Source: Euglena gracilis (Eukaryota). Taken from it: a DNA stretch of 64,000 nt. Below the pieces are notes generated by a model. That model saw only the letters and a list, made by a program, of their open reading frames with translations. It was not told where the DNA came from and did not search any database. Shown piece after piece: positions 38,107-50,833 of the stretch. Made by a program: the position numbers and the translations under genes. Location: contig CP154954.1 of assembly GCA_039621445.1 (NCBI GenBank), forward strand, positions 29,211,411-29,275,410. Direction: 5' to 3'. Position 1 is the first letter of the stretch; every line of letters starts with the position of its first letter.

Positions 38107-41100
38107 TGGCATCCACGCACACTGCATATGTCGCGTTGACTTGCTCTGAGTCAGATATTCGGCGGTTTGGATGCAATTGTGGGACACCAAAGGGGCTGCA
38201 CTATGTGTGCAAAGCTTGTAACGGTGGCTACATCGCACCGAGACCAACGAAATTGGTCAGACACTTTGAGGCCCAAACATGTCTCTGTTGATCCCTTTAA
38301 AGACCTTAACTCAGAAAATGTGGCAAATGTTTAATTTGCATGTTTGCGTGTGAGCAGTTAATCCGTTAAAAAAAGGGTCCAAAAATCCAGCGATGAATTA
38401 TAAAAATAAGGATAATACATGCAGGTATTTTGTACGAAACAAACAGCCTTGACACCTTTGCCACAATAACATCTGGGGAGATATGCCGTCACCGGAAGAA
38501 CACAGTGAGGAGCTCAGCCCGAGTTGAAACGATGCCTACGAGGTCCGTGGGTAACGTTCCTCGGGTGGACAGTCTGCCCAGAGGTCAGGAGGACAATGTT
38601 TTGGTGGAGGAGGTGGAAGAGCAGCAGCAAGAACATCATGGGAGCCCCTTGGTGTCGGACCCCGGGACAGCGTTCTTTGAGGATGAGGCTCTGAGTGGTG
38701 GCAATGCGGGGGTTGAGATTTGCAACGCCTCGCCTGCCGAAGAGGAATTGCTGCCAAGTCGTGCAGACCCGGTGACGGTGGCGACTGCTGGACCAAGTGG
38801 CAGTCGGCTACGGCGCAAACAACCCATGGTGTGCACGTGGATGCTGGAGGGGCAAGAGTGGAAGCCATTGGGCAACGTGCGGGGCCAGGTTGGAGATTGC
38901 TCGTGGCAGCGCTGTGGGTACTATGACGGGAAGTGCCTCACAGTCTCCGGCGTAGAGGACATCCGGGTACAGCGGTACCGGTGCACAACGCACATCTCGA
39001 ATGTGCACATCAAACCAAACATGTTTGATCCAATTTTCAAGGTGGCAACCAGCGTGTAGTGCACGGGCTTCATTTCCCACCGACAAACAATCTGCTTGCT
39101 TTCCACATCGCTCTGGGTTTTTTTTTCACTCTTTTGAAAACATTTTCGAAGCCTATGGTTCCCAAAATAAATTTGAAACACAGCAGTTTGACATTGGCTT
39201 ATTTTTTTAAAAAAAAATCTGGGTCTTTTTTCACTCTTTTGAAAACATTTTCGAAGCCTATGGTTCCCAAAATAAATTTGAAACACAGTAGTTTGACATT
39301 GGCTTATTTTTTTAAAAAAAATGTTTGTGACTGTTCCTTTTGGATTAATTGAGGGCACTGCTTGCTTGTAGCAGCACAGGCTACAGGTGCAACTCCCTCC
39401 ATTTTTGTGGTGCACATTGGCCGTATATATGCCACGTTTGATTTCGTTCAACTACTGATGAACCTGTATTCCACAACACTGGGCAGGGCGGTGGATCTAC
39501 GGCGCACGATTCTGTTGATCTGGCAGTCCTCCCTTGATCGAGAACTCCTGTCTGGCACCCCGGGATCCCGACTCACAACGCTTCCAGATTTCTTCGACCA
39601 AAGCCTTCCGTCCATAGTGGGCACATAATGTGCAGTGAATTCTAGTCGTATGGGCAGGGGAGGGGGACGGGATGATGCGGGGGGGTGGGGGGGGGTGATG
39701 GTGTGGAACTACTGTGAGCCGCCTACTATGCTGTTGGTGGAGAAGTATTTGCGCAAGTGGGTCTATCAAACCTGGAGCCTGATGCGCTCATTTGAGGCTC
39801 CTTGGCCCGTGGATATTCGTGCACAGGAGGGTCGCATCCTCCACTTCGATTTCACCTACCGCGCCACTCAAGGTAGATGAACACGCTCGTTACATTTTTT
39901 TGGGAAATTAAAATGGCAACAAACAATTCTCATGCCCGGCTTTGTTCATAACCGGGCGTGGAATTAGTGTCTACCTTGCCGCCGTAGGGGGTATTTGGGT
40001 GTATCCCCGGTGTGACGACGACGATGCTGACGAAGAAAATGTCGCCGCACAGCAGCAGAAGACAGCACAGCGGGCAGAGCTGAGCTATGTGCTTGGATCT
40101 GTCTTTGGCTCCACCGGCGTGGTTTTGGCGTCACAGATTTGTTGCACTGAAAAGTCCGACAACATCCGGACAGTCTTCACGGCGGCGTTCCAACGCACAG
40201 CGGTTGCACCTCAACAGATCTGGGTTGACGACGTGGGCAAGTGGGCCAACATGCTCTATAGCCTTGTCACCACCCACTTTGGGCCTGGGCTGTATGCAAA
40301 ACTGGCCAAGACTGGAGGCATTTCAAAGTGCTTCTGCTGCAGCACCTGGATCGCCGCCACCCCTTGTTTGCCGACTTGCGGAGAGAAGTTGAACAACTGC
40401 TTCCTCGGATGAAGGGGAATTTGGAGAAGATTTGCGCCGGGCATTGCAAGGCTTGTACGACAAGTACACGGGGCAGGGTGGACATGCACAAGTCCTCCTC
40501 GCCACCGGTTCCAAAATGCTTCACGCACTCACATTCAGTGTCTGCGCTTCAATGGGGGCTGCCATGAAGGGCCACAGCTTCGACGTCGACATGTCCACAT
40601 TGACCACAAAGAACGCCCAACACCTCTTCAACGAACAAGCTGACAGCTACTACTCCAGCAAATTGTCTGACCCAGCGTCTTACTTCGATGCTGTGGTGGA
40701 GGTCAGAAACTGTCCGCCTGAGTACTCAGTGGGGACCAACATTGCGGAGTCTTTCCACTCCCGACTCAAGGCGGATCAAGAGCTCATCGGATTGAAAAAC
40801 TACAACACCGCGGAACTGCGAATCGAACTTGGAATCCGAAGATACAACCATGGCATCTTGTCCTCGGACTACGTGGTCCAACCCGGGAAAAGCCGCAGAC
40901 GCCTGACCGATGTTGACGCCTCCATGGCGTTGGTCGTGGAGGACTTTCAGCAGCGTTGTACTGGGAGTGCAAGAGACCACTATACCCACGTCTTGTGGGG
41001 ATGGCACGACACAGAAATTCCAGGAAATAGGGCAGCAGCAGAAGCAGGACCGGTGTTCGGGGGGGGGGGGGCAGCAATAAAACCCTACCTCCACCTTGCA

Positions 41101-41860
41101 TCCACCCTGCCTCCCTGCCGAAAACCTCCCTGTGGGATTTGAAGGACCGCGGGTTCCAGGTCCTCCTGCGTGGCACCCGTCTGACTGAGGCTGAACAGCA
41201 GAAGGTCCAGGAAGCGCTCATCTCCCTGTCGGAGGACGGCGCGGAGCAGATGGGCTGCTACCGACTAGTGGCAAACTGGATTGCTGTGCAGCACCTTGGT
41301 GGCACCCGGAAGGCCCGCCTGGTCGCCAGGTACATCCGCGAACTTCTGAAGACAGTCCACGCCAAAGCGGTCGAGGAGGCTCGCACGACACATCCCGTTC
41401 CACAAGGTCTGGTCCTCACCCAGGCAGATTTGGTGGCGGGCAGTGATCACTCGGATGATGACGGCTCGGATATTGAGAGGGCCTCAGACACCTCACACAC
41501 ATACCACCGTTACACCCCACTCTCTCACCCCAGGGTTTTAAATGTCTGATGATGCCCCCGTCGGTTGTGAGCTACTGCAGCTGCTAGGCGGGAAACCTTA
41601 CATTTTCCCAACCAAACTACGAAAACGGTTGCGGGAAGATGTTGATCCCCCTCTATCTCGAAAAAGACCAAGCTATTGGAGTCAGGGATGTCAGATTTCA
41701 GATGTCGTCTTTCTGGGTTTTGCACTCGGCCCCCTTTACATTCCTGCATTGGATCAGTTGGAACAAGAACGGTTGGATGCTGCCACTGAGGCGGCGCGTT
41801 CAGCTGTGACCCACTGGGCTTTTTGTTCCTTCTCCAAAGCTCAGGCGCGGTTTTCATGGG
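38107..41860 (+). pseudogene. Intron-containing, frameshifted DDE transposase
   Basis: ILHFDFTY (D, 39848), QIWVDD (D, 40227), GQDWRH (DxxH, 40310), GTNIAESFHSRLK (E, 40747). N-terminal Cys/His clusters (CKAC...H; RYRCTTH). GT-AG intron ~39873-39987; frameshifts near 40290 and 40430. Confidence 0.8.
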
Positions 41861-42575
41861 GGGGGGGGCATTTTGTGCTGTTTTCCATGCATCGTTTTTC
41901 ATTGGTTTTGTTATTCTGACCACAGGCAGTTGCATAGCCCACATGCAAGTTTTCACTGTTCTGCGGTATTGCACAGCATGTTAAACTTTGTCCCTTGTGT
42001 TAAAAAAAAAGGAGCCCCTACAAGCCAACGTCCCTACCGCCGTCGCACGGGGGAGCATCATCTTCTTCTTCTCCATCGGTGCCAGAGGCGGTCCAGGGGG
42101 TGACTTGGCCACTGTCCTGTTACCATACATCTCTTTAAGGACCCCGGGGGGGGGGTTGCTGGGCTAGGGCTAGAAATTTGGGCTAGCTAGAAATTTGGGC
42201 TGGCTAGCCCGCCCCCCCCCCCAGGGGGGGGGCTGGACCCCGGCTGGACCCGAACGAAAAAAATCGGAAAAATGCCCAAAAATGACCTGCAAAACACAGT
42301 TTTGAAAAAATGATGAATCTGAACCCCCCAAAAATGCCCCAAACGCCCCCCAAACCCCATTTTTGGCCACTTTTGAACACATTTTTTCAAAAATTTTCGG
42401 CGCTTCGCGCCGAAAAATTTTGGGCTGGACCCCCAAAAAAGGGGCTGGCTAGCTGGGCTAGCAGCACCCCCCCAGGGGGGGGGTGCTGCTGCGGCTGGGC
42501 TGGGCCCAAATCGGGGCTGGCTGCAGCAGCCCCCCCCCGGGGGTTCGCAAAACCTTAGAGAGATGTATGCCTGTT

Positions 42576-43039
42576 ACGCAAACGGTTGGGCAGCACAAGG
42601 GGTTTTGTTATTTTGGGGTCATCAAACAGTTGGCTACGGGAGGGAATCTGCACGCAAAACGGTTGGGCAGCACAAGGGGTTTTGTTATTTTGGGGCCATC
42701 GAACAGTTGGCTACGGGAGGGAGTCTGCACGCAAAACGGTTGGGCAGCACAAGGGATGTTGCTATTTGGGGTCATCGAACAGTTGGTTGCGGGAGGGAAT
42801 CTGCACGCAAAACGGTTGGGCAGCACAAGGGGTTTTGTTATTTTGGGGCCATCGAACAGTTGGCTACGGGAGGGAATCTGCACGCAAAACGATTGGGCAG
42901 CACAAGGGGTTTTGTTATTTTGGGGCCATCGAACAGTTGGCTACGGGAGGGAATCTGCACGCAAAACGGTTGGGCAGCACAAGGGGTTTTGTTATTTTGG
43001 GGCCATCGAACAGTTGGCTCCGGCAGGGAATCTGCACAA
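42576..43039. repeat. Tandem repeat, ~6 x 77 bp
   Basis: Unit ACGCAAAACGGTTGGGCAGCACAAGGGGTTTTGTTATTTTGGGGCCATCGAACAGTTGGCTACGGGAGGGAATCTGC recurs near 42651, 42728, 42804, 42881, 42958. Confidence 0.95.
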
Positions 43040-43832
43040 ATGAATGTTTTGTTATATTTTGGGCCAGGCGTCATTCCACTGTCAACTTTATTGAACTAAA
43101 ATTCTTGAATTGCCAATTGCCAATCAGCATGGTGTCGGGGATCCCACGTGCCGGGCCGGTTGACAGTGTCTCTGACCCCGCGGCTTGGGCAGCAATCTCT
43201 CTGTTGCCCTTTTCCGCACGGCACACGCGTGCTTTCCTTTTCTCTGCCCGCCGCGGTCGGCCCACACGGTGAGCCGCACAGCACCAAGTCGCTGCTCATG
43301 TGCGCCTTTGCTCCTTGCGATTTTTACGTCCAAGTCCAGCATCCTACAGTTCCAACCTTCAATTGTTGTTCATCAGAACAAAAAAAAATTCCCCAGTTTT
43401 TTCTGTGGGGGGGCGAGGTCGTGGGGTGGGCCGACCCTAGGGTCGGCCCACGACCCTAGCACCGACGACCCTAGGGTAGGCCCACCCCACGTCCTGGGGG
43501 GGGGTCGACCCTAGCGACCCTAGCGACCCTAGGGTCGTATTGGGCCGACCCTAGGGTCGGCCCACAACCCCCCCTCCCCAGGCCAGATCCGGGAGCCAGG
43601 GGGGGGGGGGCGAGCGGCTGCGCGGGCGGCCGCGCAGGGGCTGCGCAGGGGGGGGGGATGGGGGGGGTCCCGGACCCCCCCGAGCGGCGCGCCTAGCCTC
43701 CTATGCCAAAGTGAGCCACAAAACGACTTAGCCCGTTGCCAACACAGAAAGGATTTTGTTATCTGAGGCTCGGATGGGGGAGTTTTCAGCCTGTCGTGAT
43801 GCAGAATGCTTGCATTTCTAAAGGATTTTCAT

Positions 43833-45400
43833 GTACCCCCCCCCCTATTGTCCCCCCCCTTATTGTCCCTGGGCCCCGGCAGACGGGGGATTTTTTTTGG
43901 CCCGCCCAATGAAGTTCCTTTGGTACCCCCTTATTGTCCCCCCCCTTGTTGTCCGGTCGGGCCTCCCGGGGAGAGGTCGGTGGGACAATAAGGGGGGGTG
44001 GTAATCTCTGTTTCATCATTGGGTTTTTACCCCTCCAGACCCCATCAAGGGCCCACCGACCCCCACCGACCAAAGATTTCCATCTGAGGGTGTTTATGTT
44101 GGTGTAAGGCACTTATTTGGACCCATCCGGACCATTTCTGGGTGGTTTGGACCCGCCACATACCATTTTTATAACCACCGACTAGCCACCAACTAGTTTG
44201 CAAACAATTTTCTTCAAGGGGGGGGGGGCTTAAAAGTCGGCGAGACTAGCCCGTAACCACATTAGAGTGGGTGGTCGGCCGACTAATCCGCCGACCACCC
44301 ACTCCCCCCCCCCCACCGTCTCACCGACTTGCTGCCGACCAGGCCTAGTCGGCCGACCAGTTGGGTGGTCGGCACCCCCCCCCCAAGTCTACCGCCTAGA
44401 GCCCCACGGCGTGCCGACCCCCCGATGATTGATTGATGCAAAAGACATATTTTGGGAGGCAGTGGAAGTTGCACCATGCAAAAGTGGAGTTGACGACCCA
44501 GCACTTCCAAGAACGAAGAAAGTCCAAGGAGGGGCGACCATCGTGAAAGAGCGTTTCCAAGCAAAGTATGTCTCCTACATTCAGTAATTTGTCGGAATGC
44601 ACACAGGCCCCCCCCTGGGCCCACCTCCTGCTGAACACGTTTTCAGGCTGAAATCTGGGCTCAGCCACAATTTGTGCGTAGAAAGTGATTCCTCCTTTAA
44701 GTAAAACGCTTTGTCCTAGCGATGTTTTTGTTCTTGCGAAATTTTTGGCAAATGTATGTTTTGGAATGGAGGTGGAAAAGCAAACCACATTTTGGCCACC
44801 AAAAACTTCTTGGTTCATGGTCATACTTGTAGTTAGTGCGACCGGAAAAAATGTTTCCGTGCGCTGTGACCACCGCGGAAAAACATTTTTTTGTAACCGG
44901 CAGCGCACCGCAAAATGGGGGTGTTCCCCCCGCGTCCCCCCCCCCCCGCCTCCCCCCCCCCGCGTCCCCCCCGCGTCCCGGATTTGGCCGTGCATGTTTT
45001 TTGGTCGACCAAAGGAAAATTACACACAAAATTAGGTGACGCCAAAGAAAACGTGTGGAGGTGGTTGGGCCACGGCTCCCCCTGCCCCCCCCCCCCCCTG
45101 TCCCGAACCACCCCCAATTTTTTCTGTGCGCCGCGAATGCCGGGCACTGGTTTGTTTGTGCGCTGCGACCGCCGCGGAAATGTTTGAAGTTTGTCCGCAA
45201 CCACCGCCGCAATTGTCTTTTTAAATTGTGTCCCATATATACCCCCCCCATATTGTCCCAACCACCTTCCCACCCAATGGACAATATGGGGGAGGGACAA
45301 TATGGGGGTACCAAAGGAAATTTCATTGGCCGAGCCAAAAAAAACCCCCGTCGGCCGGGCCGAGGGACAATATGGGGGGGACAATATGGGGGGGGGGTAC
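43833..45400. mobile_element. 1.57-kb element with ~160-bp TIRs (TATTGTCCC subrepeats), possibly TA-flanked
   Basis: 43833-43990 is an imperfect reverse complement of 45240-45400; GTA|CCCC...GGGG|TAC ends. Confidence 0.7.
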
Positions 45401-46439
45401 TTCCTTTCGGCCCCTTCCCCTGCCTGGCCTCTTTGATACTTTCTCGACCATGGCCGAGAAGGGTATTTGGCGGCAGGGAGTGAACTTTTGTGCAAGCGTC
45501 CTTGTTTGTTTCACAGATCAGGTTTCACCATGTCAAGCGAGACCAATGTTGACCATGTCAAGTGAGAAAATGTTGGGTGTTGTGTTGCTGCCAATACGTT
45601 CTTGAGCTCTGGGCAGAATTTTTTTTGTGCCGCAACCACGGCGGAAAATTTTCTCCTTGCGCCGCGACAACTGCGGCAATGAATTTTGCTTGTGCTGCGA
45701 CAACCGCTGCCAAAAATCTTTCTGTGCGCCACGACCACCGCGGATTTTTTTTTGCGAGGCGGCATGAGCGCTGCAGCGCACTAACAAGTATGTTCATGGT
45801 GACAGGAGAACTTCACAAAGCTGCTACCATTCTATGGGGATGATTTGAAATCGATCAACAGATGCTTCGCCCAAGCCACACTTCAAAATGGTGGGGGGGT
45901 GTCGTGAAGGGGGATTTGGAAGCTGGGTACAGGTACCCTCACCCCCCCCCCATTTGGCCAATGGCCGGGCGAAGTTTGTGATGACATCATCCAAAGAATA
46001 TATCAGGAAAGACCCACTCCGAGGGGGGGCACAGACTTTGTCCGAAGGACAATGTCCGTGCCCCCCCTCCCGGACTCAGGACAAAGTCCGTGTATGGGGG
46101 GGTCTTGCTATAAGTCCGTGTACTGCCCCCCCTCCGACTCAGGACATGGTCGGTGTATCCTAATGAGGAACATCAGTATCGCTCAGGGTACATTTGTCTT
46201 GGTCTTCACAACTCCATGTTGCCCGCACAAGTCGTGAACGTCACTGAGGCTGCCTTGAGATCTTTGCCAACACCCGCAGAGTTGTTGGTAGGGTTGAAGG
46301 TTCGGCACGTCTGACGAGGACCCTGGCCACCAGGGGGGGGGTCCCCATCAACAAGTTTGCGAACCGCGAGGCTTGTCACCACTGATTTGGATGACTACAT
46401 GGAAGCGTTTGCAAAGTGGGTGCTTTCGGTACACACTTT

Positions 46440-46914
46440 GGAGGCTAGGCGCGCCGCTCGGGGGGGTCCCGGCCCCCCCCTCCCCCCCCCCCCCCGCGCG
46501 GCCCCTGCGCGGCCGCCCGCGCGGCCGCTCGCCCCCCCCCTGGACCCCCCCTCCCCCCCTGTGCCTAGCATAGCCAAGAAAAAAAAAATTGGTGAAAAAC
46601 TCGCGATTTTTTGAGGCCCAAAAATGACCAAAAATGACCATTTTCGGACACAAAATGGCAAATTTGGGGGCCGCGCGCTCTGCGCGCAGCCAAAAAAGCA
46701 CTTTTTTGGTCAAAAATGGCCCAAAAATGGCGAAAAATGACCACTTTTTGGACCCGAAGATCACCGATTTTAGGATGCGTTCCGCCCGCCCGCGCGCCCG
46801 CGGCCGCCCCTCGGACCCTCGTACCCCCCCCCCCCCCCCCCCCCCCGCACGGCCGCCACCGCGCCGAATCGCCCCCCCCCAGCCCCCCCCCCCCCCCCGC
46901 TGTGCCTAGCCTCC
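46440..46914. mobile_element. Intact 475-bp copy of the same MITE, inverted, TSD TTT
   Basis: TTT|GGAGGCTAGGC...GCCTAGCCTCC|TTT. The interior is the reverse complement of 37432-37800 plus 43596-43701. Confidence 0.88.
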
Positions 46915-48810
46915 TTTGCATGACACGGAAGCTGAGAAGATTACGACAAAGGCACAAAGGCAGCCTCTGTGTCTACCGCGGTTGTGATGGGGAGCCCACC
47001 CAACTCCTTCCCCCGCGGCCTCACCACTGCGGACCACATGGATGGCAAGCCCTGTGTGCGTTGCCTTTTGCCTCTTGGCAAGCGCGGCTTGTTGCGCCCC
47101 ATAGTGGGCACGCTTGTTTTTTTTTGACGTTGTTTTTTTATTTTTTTTATTTCTAACAATGTTGTTTTAAAACAAAAAAAAACGCCTACTAGGTTTTGCA
47201 AAGAAAATTTTTTGAATGTGTATTTTCGGTCATTTTTGGCAACTTTTGGGTCAAGTTTGCCAAAAACTACCTCCGTAAAAAAATGGAAAAAGTCATAAAA
47301 TTGCATTTTTTGCTTTTTTGGATGTTTTCGACCATTTTTTGGCACTTTTTGAAGGATTCTACTACAAAAAAGGGGTGGCGGACGCCGGTTCTGTCCAAAA
47401 CCCGGCGTTCCGGACGCCGGGTTTTGGACAGAACCGGCGTCCGGAAAACCTGTGGGGGGGGGACGCCAGTTCTGTCCTGAACCCGGCGTCTCAAACGCCG
47501 GTTTAAAGTATGGTTTGGGTGTTTCATAACAATTTTTCTCAATAATGCACACAACGCTCATTTTTAGCGATCGTGTATTCCAAAATTTGACATCCTAATT
47601 TGTGAAATCCCACACCAATCGAAATTTCTCCCCATGAGCTTTCATTTGGTACCCTCAGAAATCAGCCACACTGCACAGCGCCCTGAAAATCGCCGATCGC
47701 ATGTTTCGACCCTTTTCGCAAATTCCAAATTCCACTGTTCACCTGCCATGTTGCCCCTTGATCGATAGCCCTTCTTAAGGGCTTTCAGCAGATGGCCTTG
47801 GATTTCAGCCGTGCTGCATGGTATTCTATTTCAGAAATTCCCCAAATTTGACCAAATGGAAATGGTTGTACCACAAAATACCCCAAATTTTGGTCAAATA
47901 CCCCCCCTAAACTGCTCAGATTTGATTGCCACATGCTAAAACCATTTGGGACACTTTTTGGCACTTTTTATTTTGGGTTCCACTGGACGACGTCTTCCCG
48001 CCCGAACCGGCGTTCTGGACGCCGGTTCGGGCGTTAAGCCACAGCCCCAATACACGGTTTCAGGGACAAAGTCCTCACCCCCCCCCCCCGGACTTTGTCA
48101 CCTCCGAGTCCGTCGTAGGGTACGCCGACTTTGTCCTTAAAACGTTCCAATCAAATTGACCAATAAAATTTGCTAGATGCCCCCCCTATTAGTCACCCCC
48201 CCCCCGAGTTAGTCACCCCCCCCCCGTTAGTCCCCCTTGGCCAAAATCCCCTCCCAAGGGGGTGACTACCAACCCCCCCCCTTCTATTTGTCCCCCCCCT
48301 CTATTTGTCCCCCCCCCCTAATTGGCCAGAGCCCAGGTGGCCAACTAGGGGGGGGGGTGGTTACTCATTTCAAGGGAAAATGTCTTTATTCGGGTGTTTT
48401 AGGGGGTTCGCGACTGTAAAGGACGGGGTCCAGGTGGCCAATTAGGGGGGGGGGTTAGGGTGGTTCAAATCGTTAAAACTGCTCTGAAAGAAAGATAAAA
48501 TCTGTGAAACCTTTCCTTTCATTTTCCGTACATGAAAGTTAGGAAACACCCTTACACGCGAAAATCCTAAATGCGATCCGTGGTAGGACCTACCTTGGCC
48601 TCGAATTCCTAAACCCGCTGTGTTGTAATGCCGGTCGGGAGGTGTGGGCCCACCTTGGCCCAAAGCACACAGGTCCCGGAAGGAGAAATATCGAAACTGT
48701 TTGGATTGTGGAGAGAGGGTCAGCGTCACATGCAGGCGTGCAGGCCGTTGCTCTGAACCACAATCCATCGAGCAGAGGCCTGCCTGCAACACGGTGACTG
48801 CAGTATTTGA

Positions 48811-49280
48811 GGTATTGGAACCTGTTGGTCGTATTGAGACTGGTGTCTTGAACCCTGGTGATGAGTAACTTTCACACCCAACAGCCTGACCACTGAAGGC
48901 AAGTCTGAGGAGATGCACCACAAGGCTCTGGTGAGCGAGGCTATCCCTGGCGACAACCTTGGCTTCAACGTGAAGTCTGTCAAGAATATTCGCCATGGTT
49001 ATGTGGCCTCGAACGCCAAGAACGATCCCGCCAAGGAGGCTGCTGACTTCACTGCCCAGGTAAGCCTCTCTTCAATGTTTTTCTGTCTGGCTTCATTGTT
49101 TCTTGTCTGGCTTCGTAAATGTTTCCGGTGGGTTCCATCTTGTGCAACAGTGGGACAAATCGGCCATTTTGTTCCTCTTCACATTCCTGTTTCTTCAGGT
49201 CATCATTCTGAACCGTCAGATTGGCAACGGTCATGCCCCTGTGCTGCACTGCCACATTGCCTACAAGTTCACCACCATCA
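48811..49280 (+). pseudogene. tef1: EF-1alpha pseudogene fragment with retained intron 49060-49198
   Basis: [68 protein letters not shown]. Contains a stop, frameshifts and deletions; GTAAG...TTCAG intron. Confidence 0.92.
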
Positions 49281-50833
49281 GGAACAATCAGGATTTGCTG
49301 ATGGAATTCCCAGAGGCGTTTTGTTCCCCTCCCAGAATGTCCCGTTTCAGCCCCCCCCCCAAACCAAGTCCCGTTTTTGGTTGGATGTCCTGTTCCCACG
49401 GAAACAGACATTCAGTTAGTGTGTTCACCAAAAAAAAATATTTGCGTATCATGTGTATCACAAAAAAAAATTTGTGTATCACCTATGTTCACCAAAAAAA
49501 AAATTGTGTTCACCAATGTTCACCAAAAAAAAAATTTGTGTTCACCTGTGTTCGCCAAAAGATCGTCCGAGTTTAAGTAAAGTACACCAACTTTTAGAAA
49601 TGTTTACATTCACAAAAGTTTGACGTTTCAGTTCACAAAAAATATTTTCACCTGCGTTCACCAAAAAAAAAATTTGTGTTCACGTGTGTTCACCAAAAAA
49701 AAATTGTGTATCACCTGTGTTCACCAAAAAAAATTTGTGTTCACAATCGGATTTGTGAACACACTGAATGAATGTCTGCACGGAAAGCCCCATTTTTGCC
49801 CCCCAACCTCGTTTTTTTCCCTCCCAGACTACCCCTAACTCCCCCCGGGGGGTTAGGGGTAACCCCCCCCTAATTGTCCCCCCCCAAATGGCCAAAAGGG
49901 GGGTCCAGGCCGCCCGGAGGGCGGCCAAATAGAGGGGGGGGGTTGGTAATCACTTTTTATTTTGTACCTTGCGCTTTTAACCTCCCCCTGTATAAAACTA
50001 TGTTTTTCTGATGCTATGGAAGTGAGGGGGTCGACGAAAGCAATTCAGGGCGCACGCTCAAAAGTCCTGACCCCGCAAGCTTTGTGCGTGGGCTGTGATG
50101 GCGTGGTTGTGCCACGCTCGGGCGTGAGCGACGGTCACGCGCTGCAAACACCCCAACAGGATGTTTTTGAGAATCAACACGCAGGAGTAGGCCTTTTGGC
50201 CCCAGGGTAAGTGGTCAGTGGCAGTGAGCTGAGGGGAATGTAAGTATAGCTTCTCTCTGACGCCCTCGTGTGGTGTTGAAACCGTGTTTAGGCCGATTTC
50301 GAGACTTTAAAAGTTTTAAATCTTCGCCAAAACACGGTTTCAAACCAAGAACAGTGTTTTGGGCCAAGGTTTTAGGGGGGCCTGGGGGCGACCACGGCGC
50401 CTTCAGCGCCGCGGTCCCCGCCCCCAGGCTCCCCCTAGCACTTGGCCCAAACACAGTTCTTGTCACATGTCGACTGTCGGGGGGCGTCCGACAGTCAAAA
50501 TGGCAGGGCGGAAGCTTTTGAAAACACGGAATTTTTCATTCCGCGCAGAACGCGCGATCTATAGGAAAAGCCTAATTTGAGGTTCCAATTCAGCACAATT
50601 TGCTTCCGCAGACTTTTGTGGGTTTCTTTGTTGCATACAATTGAGAATTGAAGTCCTCAAGAATTATTTCATTGAAGAATTGTCATTTTTGAGAATTTCA
50701 AGTTCAAAGGTCAGGTCCCACCTTTCCTCATTCACGGTGTGTCATTGTTGCCTTTTGACCACCATTTCAGTGAACAAAACACCACCCTTATCCATTCTCA
50801 ATGTTTTGCATGCCGGAAGAAAGGGGGAGTGAA

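Larger units (their letters stand above)
37801..43595 (+). mobile_element. Mutator/IS256-like (DxxH) DNA transposon with long repetitive TIRs
   Basis: GATCTGGCCTGG..GGGGTTGTGGGCCGACCC.AGGGTCGGCCCAATACGACCCTAGGGTCGCTAGGG at 37806 is inverted at 43589. TIRs are ~180 bp and built of CGACCCTAGGGTCG palindromes. CCAGGGGGG on both flanks (37791, 43596). Confidence 0.85.
37432..43701. mobile_element. GC-rich MITE (GGAGGCTAGGC TIR, 3-bp TSD TAT) hosting the Mutator-like element
   Basis: TAT|GGAGGCTAGGC...GCCTAGCCTCC|TAT. An empty-site copy of the target lies at 37311-37340. Confidence 0.85.

Noticed and set aside
42576-43039. CRISPR-like array
   Set aside because: The 77-bp units are repeated end to end with no unique spacers, there are no cas genes, and the context is eukaryotic. 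The ORFs over it are repeat artefacts.
48451-48460. Telomeric TTAGGG
   Set aside because: Only isolated units within a MITE; there is no array.
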